A stretch of DNA of 64,000 nt from NCBI RefSeq assembly GCF_009914755.1, contig NC_060930.1; one strand, 5' to 3'. Shown piece after piece: positions 56,255 to 64,000 of the stretch. The translations under genes were made by a program, and so were the position numbers. The notes beneath the pieces are model-generated. The model saw only the letters and a list, made by a program, of their open reading frames with translations. It searched no databases and was not told where the DNA came from. Position 1 is the stretch's first letter; every line of letters starts with the position of its first letter. Source of the stretch: the human T2T-CHM13v2.0 reference genome, Homo sapiens.

Positions 56255-57874
56255 AATGTCCCTGGCCAGGAGGCCGGAGGTGCCCCAGGAAGCTGTTTCC
56301 TCTGAATAGTTAAATGGCTGCCTCTCAACTTGCACAATGTCACATTGAATTTGAAACAGGGAACTTTTTATATTTTTTCCCTGATTGTGCTGGCACCTGG
56401 CAGATGCCTATTTACCACAGGCATCAATACACATAGTAATCAAAGGAAATCAGAGGCACAGATTAGCAACAGCTGCAAGTCATTAGTGACAGACACGGGA
56501 AAGCACAATTCTGCACCCAACTTTGAAATAACCAATATGAGTATTTCAGAGCACGAGGGTTACCGCAGGGCACTCGCTAACATGAGAGCAGCCAAACAAT
56601 AGCTGGGCTTGTCTCTCCAGAGAGCACTCTTCTCAAAGGCAGCACCACACACTCCGTATTATAAACCAATCAATCACATGATATTGGTCCACTGAACGTT
56701 AGCCCTTTGCAGAGTCCATGTGCTGATCTGATCTTCTGACCAAAGGTTGTTGAACTGAAAAATAACCTCTGGCTGGTGGAAAACTTTGTTATCGCCTGTC
56801 ATAATTTTAGTGGTGGGAGTTTGAGTGTATTTCTGATGACTTAATTATATGATTGACCTAGTTGGAAAGGGGCATATAGAGGGGAAAACAAGACATTCCC
56901 CTTTCGCATTTAATCTCATTTTTCCCCAAATTTCTATTTGAAAATCAGCTATGATTGATAGCCGTTCTCTTGGTAGTTACATATTTTCATTGGCAACACT
57001 AACCTTAGCCTACTCCAAAAAATACTATTCAATTTTTAGCTTTTCCCTAATCAATTCATTCAGTGCCTCAGTGGAATACAAGTTGGTCATTTAAAAATTT
57101 CTAGCTGTTGCCTGATATGTCCCAAAACAAATTTAGCCAGCATGGGTTTCTATTTTAGACCATCTCTGGAAATGCAGATTTACTGTACAACTGGGTAATG
57201 GCTTAGAGATAAACAGACACAGTGAGCCGCTGTCTGATTAGCAGGACTGGGCGAAATTTAGCATTATATATATACTGCAATAATTGGACCGTTGCACCAT
57301 AGGATGTAAAGTAAATTGTTCTCAGTGCCATACGTGGGCTCTTCTTCTTTTACTTGATACTAAGGTTGGATTATTTCATTCTGTTTTAGAAATTTCTCCT
57401 TTTTCCCTGCTCTCCCTACTCAAAAATTATCTTCTGAAGGTTTTTCTAAAAATTCTTCTAAGTAAGTTGTTTTGGAGATTAGGATAAGAAGGGAGAAAAT
57501 GCTGCCTTTTATCTGGTGCAGAGCCAGCCATTAAACATCAGCTCTTTAACAACAAGCAAAAAGCTATTATTTTAGAAGAAAGCTGCCAGAGAACATGGAT
57601 CCCATAGGGCATCTGCCACATCATAGGCATTCAGATGCATGTTGTAATAGTCATATATGTTGTTTCTTTCCACTGTCAGAGTCAACAGATTATTTTATAC
57701 TTAACTAAATACCATGATCTCTTAGTTTAGGGAGATTTGATTTCTTCAGGTCATTTTGTAAGAAAGAAAAGGTATGGTATTCATTCATAATTTTATTTAC
57801 TAAAGTCAGCATATATTTTCGGGATGTCTACTATGTCTCAGGGAATGTTTTAGGCACTGTGGATACGGTAGCAA

Positions 57875-58145
57875 TTTTTTTTTTTTTTTTTAAGACAGTG
57901 TCTTGCTTTGTTGCCCAGGCTGGAGTGCAGTGGCTTAACTTTGGCTCATGGCAACATCTGCCTCCTGGGTTCAAGTGATTCTTGTGCCTCAGCCTCCCAA
58001 GTAGCTGGGACTATAGGTGTGTGCCACCATGCTCAGCTAATTTTTTGTATTTTTTTTCGTAGACATGGGGTTTCGCCATGTTGGCCAGGCTGGTCTGTAA
58101 CTCCTGACCTCAAATGATTCACCCATCTCGGCCTCCCAAAGTGCT
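57875..58145 (-). mobile_element. Alu (Jb/S)
   Basis: Alu consensus, 5' end clipped. Confidence 0.95.
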
Positions 58146-58257
58146 ATAGCAGCACAATTAATGAATAACTTGGTTATAATGTGCTCAACTGATGGTGAGG
58201 ATATAGGCAACTTACATATGAGGTGATAGTTTGACTACAATTGTTCATTGCTTAGAT

Positions 58258-58372
58258 CTTCTTTCCCTCCCTCCTTCCCTTCCTCCCTCCCTTCCCTCCC
58301 TCCCTTTCTTTGCCTTGCCTCTCTCCTTCCTTCCTTTTTTTTTTTTCCTCCTCCTACTCTCTTTCTTCTCCT
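58258..58372. repeat. CT-rich (CCCT/CCTT)n low-complexity tract
   Basis: Directly visible. Confidence 0.9.
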
Positions 58373-58476
58373 TTATTGGTACTTTGTGATTTAGACTTCA
58401 GAGGGACAAGGACAACCATTGTTGGTTACACAGGATTATTTAATTAAATAAAATATACAGTTTTGAGAATTAATCT

Positions 58477-58890
58477 GTATAGTTAGGATAAAGCTTCTGT
58501 AACAAATAAAGCCCCAGATTTCGGTGATAACACAGTAGAAGTTTATTCCTTGCTCATATAACTGTCTAATGAGGGTGTCTCCTGCTGAAGGAGGCTTTTG
58601 TCCATGCAGTAACTCAAGGTCTTCGACTCCTTCTGCCTTGTGGCCTTTCCAGGACCTGGAATCCTCTACTTCCCATTGGTGCAAAGGGAAACCGAGTGTG
58701 GAAAAGGAGCCATTCTTAACCAACTTGGCCTGAAAGAGGGAAGCATCACTTCTGTTCTTATTCCATGGGAGAGCTGCCTAGATGGCCCTATGTAGATGAT
58801 AGAGGGTTTGGGAAATTCTTAGTCTTATGCTGAACAGACACTTTAAGGTGATGATTCTATGCCATGGAAGCAAAGAACAGGTTTGAATGG
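58477..58890 (-). mobile_element. MLT1J/K MaLR LTR
   Basis: agttaggataaagcttctgtaacaaa...gaagtttattccttgctca...catcacttctgttcttattcca. Confidence 0.7.
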
Positions 58891-59435
58891 ACACAATTAT
58901 GAGTCAGACACTATGCTAATTTCTGGAAAAAAAAAAGTAGGCAAATCATCATCCTTTGGGGGGGTGAGAACCACATAACATAGGTACTCAACTAACCAAA
59001 CATGATATTCAAGTACTAAATTAAGCCATATGTAAGCACAGATGTAGGAGCAAATAATTCACTCAGAAATGAACTCAGGGCAGAAGCTGTTGAAGGAAAG
59101 CAGAGAGGAGGAAGGAGAGAGTGTCCGACCTGAGCTAAGGCATGAAGCTCAGAAGATGTCTGATATGTCCAAAGACTGGTGAGCTTCTCGATGTGTCAGA
59201 TGACCAAAAACTTGGGGATAGATGGGACTAGAATAGAGAGGGCCTTGTGGGCTATGCCTTGTGCAGCAAGAACTAGAATTGAAATGATAATGTGTATTGT
59301 GAGCTTGAGGCTGCAAATACAGGTCTCCTGACCCCAGTCCTTTTTTTGGATATTTTATTCTATATGTGGAAGGATACTGATTTGTAAAACTCAAAGTCAT
59401 GTGTGACTTTTTATGATCAAAGGTGTTTGGTCTCT

Positions 59436-59688
59436 CACTGCATGTTCTCACTTATAAGTAGGAGCTGAACAATGAGAACACATGGATACAGGGAGGGGAA
59501 CAACACACACTGGGGCCTATCCAGAGGGTAATGGCGGGAAGGGAGAGCATCAGGAAAAATAGCTAATGCATGCTGGGCTTAATACCTAGGTGATGGGTTG
59601 ATAGGTGCAGCAAACCACCATGGTACACATTTACCTATGTAACAAACCTTCACATCCCACCCTTGTATCCCGGAACTTAAAAAAAAAT
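59436..59688 (+). mobile_element. L1PA (older subfamily) 3' end
   Basis: gcatgttctcacttataagt...gcagcaaaccaccatgg...ggaacttaaaa; imperfect TSD aaa(g/t)gt(g/a)tttggtYtct. Confidence 0.93.
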
Positions 59689-60233
59689 GTATTTGGTTTC
59701 TAAGAACAAAAATATATTCCTGGCAGCCATGTTATTTACTGGGTAAGAATATGTCATCTTATAAAAGAGGCACGTTAAAATGTATTAATTACCTCATCTG
59801 ATTTCAAGGTTAATATTTCATCACATATTTAAGTTTCCTTTCCTTTCCCCCCAATACTTGCGGTAGTGAGTGTGCTTTCTTATCATGTCAGAGAGAGTTT
59901 GAAGTTCCAGGTAGCAAAAGAGGCTGAGGTTGTCTCAGTTGTTGCAGATGGAGATAATCTTGCACCATTCTGAGTAAGCCTGGCCTGGGAGATGGACCAA
60001 AAACTGTGTCATCAGAGGATGAAGGTGGGTGACCAGTGGCAGGACATATACATTACCTTCCCCCAAAGTTTTAGTAACCAGAATCAGGGGCCTGGTTACG
60101 AGGTGTTGATGTTCCTGTACCCATGGCTTATGCTGATCTATAGCATCATTAATTTTGTAATAAATATTTGCTATCCTTTTTTTTTAGGTGATCTCAAGCT
60201 AGTTAGCCAATATGATCACTCTTTCCTATACTA

Positions 60234-60492
<259 letters not shown>

Positions 60493-60559
60493 TAGTCATT
60501 TTTATATAAAGAGAGACCAGCATAGTGAAGTAAATTTATATGCTTTTTGTTAACCTAAG

Positions 60560-61100
60560 AAATATTTAATGAACATCTATTAAAAATTGAGACTCTATCT
60601 GGACCTTGGGGTGGAGAGGAGAGAGAGATAGAAATATGAGTAAACTGAGGTTTTTGCCTACATCTGGTAGAGAAGAATACAGCTGTATATAAATCATTCC
60701 TAATACCACAAAGAGTGTGAATGTTTCGTAAGAAGGAGTGAATAGAAGGGAAAAATTGTAGCTGGAGAAAATCAGGAAAGGCTTAATGGAGTAGGTGCCC
60801 TGGGAACTGGGTCTGAACTTCTGGTGGAAGGATGTTAATCTAGAAAGAGAGGCTGGAACTGGGGCACAGAGATGCATACGTACAGGAGGGAATGTTTATG
60901 GATCAGGAGTCAGGGCTGCATTACACGGGGCAGGAGGAGGAGGGAGGAGAGGGCTGTCCAGGATGTTGGCATTGGAACCAGACTGTGTAGGGTCTTGAAC
61001 ACATGGTTAGGAAGCTTGGATCTAAAATGGGAAAGGTCTGCCTCCAAGCTTTCAAGCAAAGAAGGGATTACCCAGATTTTATTGGCAAGGGTTCTGAAGC
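60560..61100 (-). mobile_element. L2 fragment
   Basis: gaaaatcaggaaaggcttaatggagtaggtg...gaaccagactgtgtagggtcttgaa. Confidence 0.6.
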
Positions 61101-62743
61101 TTAGAGAAGTTATCAGAGATAGGTCCAAGGTTACCTGGCCAGTTACAGCATAAGGAAGAAGTGGTTCAGAAGAAGTGGCTCATTATGAAATGAATGGGGT
61201 TTATGACACTGGTCATAGAGAAGGTTTGAGGACAAAGGCCAGAGGACATGAGCCCTTGGCTTTGTACGAGGACAGCACATTTTTCCCAGTGTAAGTCAGC
61301 CAAGTGTGAACACATTTAGGGCTCTTTGAAAAAAGAGATGCCCCCACCCCCTCCAGACCCCCAACACAAAGCTTTGGCTTCTGATTTTTGTTTGTTGTGT
61401 TTTTCTTCTGTAAATGCAGGTCCAATTATCCTTACTACTTTGAGCATCAGAGAGAGTTATATGGGTTAGAAGGACTGCTTATAAAATATAAACACAGTGA
61501 TGATTATCAGAAAAAACCTTTTGAGAGAATGAAGAGGCAAAATTTACTATAACTTCAAATGGATAAGTGCTGTCCAACTGGCATTTTATTTTTTTAAGCT
61601 GAAAAATATAGAATAGGAAATGCTGGAAGATTTCCTTTTTAGAACTTGGTAAAAATTATAGCAGATGAACACTAGGCAAAATCAAGGGGGGATTTTGCTC
61701 ACATATGAAAGTTTATAAGAAATCTAGTTGAGTCTGGTTTCAGTATTTGCTGAAGTTTGTGGCTGTGTCAACAAAGATGGGTTAAAGTAAGCATATTTTA
61801 GATCCTAAACAGAGCAGCCTCATAGTCTGGAATAGAGAGTAGCTTTAAAATGCTTTAAAATGGGTTTCCTTTTCTTTCCTTCCAGCTGTGCCTAGAGCTA
61901 GGGGAAGATAAACTGGCATGTTCTTTGTTACATAGCAACATCTATGTTGCTATCTCCACTACGCCAGGCTAGGGAGGTGCATAAGAGCACTAAGTCCTTT
62001 CAATCAGTTGTAGTGGAGTTGAAGAAAACAGATTGGGAGAAGCTGTGTAACTGTTCAATATGGCACTTTAATACCCGAAACATTGTAGCCAAATTTTCCA
62101 AAATAGAACTGACAGTCTCATTGGTAAAACTGGACCAATAAAATGGAGCAGTAATTAAAGTACCCTCACTGACATTTGCTCCTGAATCTTTTGGTCTGAC
62201 TTGGCTACTGCTATTTTCCTAATACTCTGAATATTTTGAATAGTGTGGAAAAGGGCATTAATATCCATGAACTTCTTCATGTTACTTTTGTGCCTTCTTG
62301 ATTTTGCTTATCACTCTCTACCCTGATAAGAATGGTCTTTATGTTATTTATTTGACTAGTCTTCTGAGTACCTAGGACCAGGTGACCCTTTAATAACCCA
62401 ATATCCCTTCGTTATATATCTATTTTCTTCCTGATGTGAATTACATTTTCTAATGACTAGAGAAGAATTTTGATCTTCTCTTTATAAAGTGCTTTGCATT
62501 TATTGTGCTTAACAATTATTGTAATATAAATTGTTTATGAGCTTAAATCTAATACTGAAGTTTTCTTGAAATGTTTTGTTTGTTGTCTTCTTCATCCTTA
62601 TGGTTTGAATTAGAGGAATTTTGTAAAAAATATTTCAGGTCCCATAAGAACAAAGCCTATGCTTTCAAAGCAAAGGATTTTCAAATAGTCTTAATAGTAG
62701 GAAAACTTATTAACATTAACATAAAAGTTAATTTCACAGACAG

Positions 62744-64000
62744 AATTCTGGGAAGACGGTGGTGTAGGAAGGACCAGGAATCTGTCCTCATCTATACAAC
62801 AACCGCCCTGGCAGAATCTGTCTGATGTAACTATTTTGGAACTCTGGAGTCTCTTAAAGGCTGGCAACTTCCAAGAGAAGGCATGGGTAGTAAATTGTGG
62901 TTAATTTCAGCCAATTTTATCTCTTAGCACAGTAGCAGCTACCCATTCCGCACACCCAGCCCCATGGCAGGCAGCCATGCACTAGTTCCTGAAGGGGCTT
63001 GTACACAGCTTGTAGGAGCCAGGGTTGGCAAAGAGGACTCTGTCCTCCAAAAATCAGGAATTCGTGCTCTGATTTCTGATTGCAGCTTCTGATTATACAG
63101 GTACAGACTAAGAGACGACAGCCATTGTTGTTACACCTTCCCGCATTGTTGCAAGTCTCTCCCTCGCTAGCTGAAATGACTTCAGAGCCCTTTCTTCCCT
63201 TTTCATTTTTTTTTCTTTTCCCCTTTTGGAGCCAGACATTAAAGAATAAAACATTTAAAAGTAACTGTATATACAGGAGAAGTCTAGAAAGTGACCATGC
63301 ATACCCAGGGGAAGGTACAGGCTCAGAAACGACCTGAGACCTGAGAAAACTTTAAATTTACACCTCAGGCTGATCCTTGGCACACAGACAGCCTATAACA
63401 ATACAGACAAAACCAAAAATAACAACAGCCAGCAAATCCTGGGGAAGAGGGATAATCTGATTTACAGAGGTACCACATTATTAGATCCAAATGTCCAGTT
63501 TTCAACAAAAAAAATCACAAGGCATGTAAAGGAATAGGAACATACTTTTCATTCAAAGGAAAAAAAAATAAACCAATGGAAGCTGTCCCTGAACTAGACC
63601 TAGTGGTGGATCTACTAGACAAAAATTTTAAAATAACTATCTTAAAGATGCTCAAAGAACTAAACAAAGACATGGAGAAAGTAAAATGACAACAACAGCA
63701 ACAACAAGAAAAACAATGTCTGAACAAAATGAAAATATAAATGAGAGAGAATATAAAAAGAAACCAACAAGAAATTCTGGAGCTGAAAAAAACAATAACT
63801 GAAATAAAAAATTCACTAGAGGGATTCAAAGGCAGATTTGAACAGGAAGAAGAAAGAATCAGCAAAATTGAAGAGAGGACAAGAAATGATTGTGTCTCAG
63901 AAAAGGAAAGATTAAAGAAAAGTGAGCAGAGCACAGGAACTGTGAGACACCCTTAAGTGGACCAGCATACACATGAAAGTCTCAGAAGGAGAAGAGAGAG
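62744..64000 (+). mobile_element. Old L1M 5' end plus degenerate ORF1, runs off the window
   Basis: gggaagacggtggtgtaggaag 5' end; ORF 63741-63956 NQQEILELKKTITEIKNSLEGFKGRFEQEEERISKIEER is the L1 ORF1p coiled coil. Confidence 0.9.

Noticed and set aside
63515-63956. 139-aa and 71-aa ORFs
   Set aside because: Antisense and sense frames of a degenerate L1 ORF1 with stops and frameshifts

Overview
Primate (human-like) nuclear DNA, shown by about 20 AluJ/S/Y elements. It reads as intergenic or deep-intronic sequence. I find no supportable protein-coding gene, tRNA, rRNA or snRNA; the ORF track is Alu-, L1- or HAL1-derived or chance. Much of the window is interspersed repeats: Alu, MIR, L1/HAL1, L2, L3/CR1, MaLR/ERV1/ERVL solo LTRs, and hAT and TcMar MITEs. 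Many have readable target-site duplications (TSDs), and two are multi-layer nests (26.4-27.5 kb and 28.2-29.6 kb). Subfamily names come from my recall of consensus sequences and need RepeatMasker/Dfam confirmation. Features that ordinary repeat annotation does not explain: (1) two locally templated inverted duplications, 25626-25876 copied to 28453-29048 and 37461-37646 copied to 38815-39040, plus a micro fold-back inside an Alu at 41051-41087; (2) a poly(A)-only retro-insertion with a perfect TSD at 2206-2254; (3) a CpG-rich THE1A LTR plus adjacent AluSp arm with an intact GTAAGT donor, upstream of a well-bounded non-coding candidate exon at 46350-46460 (possible LTR-initiated lncRNA, or an old recombination hotspot); (4) motif-level enhancer candidates: ETS+CArG, Oct/GRE/AP-1, a homeodomain cluster, CTCF and a G-quadruplex. 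I cannot name the locus from sequence alone.
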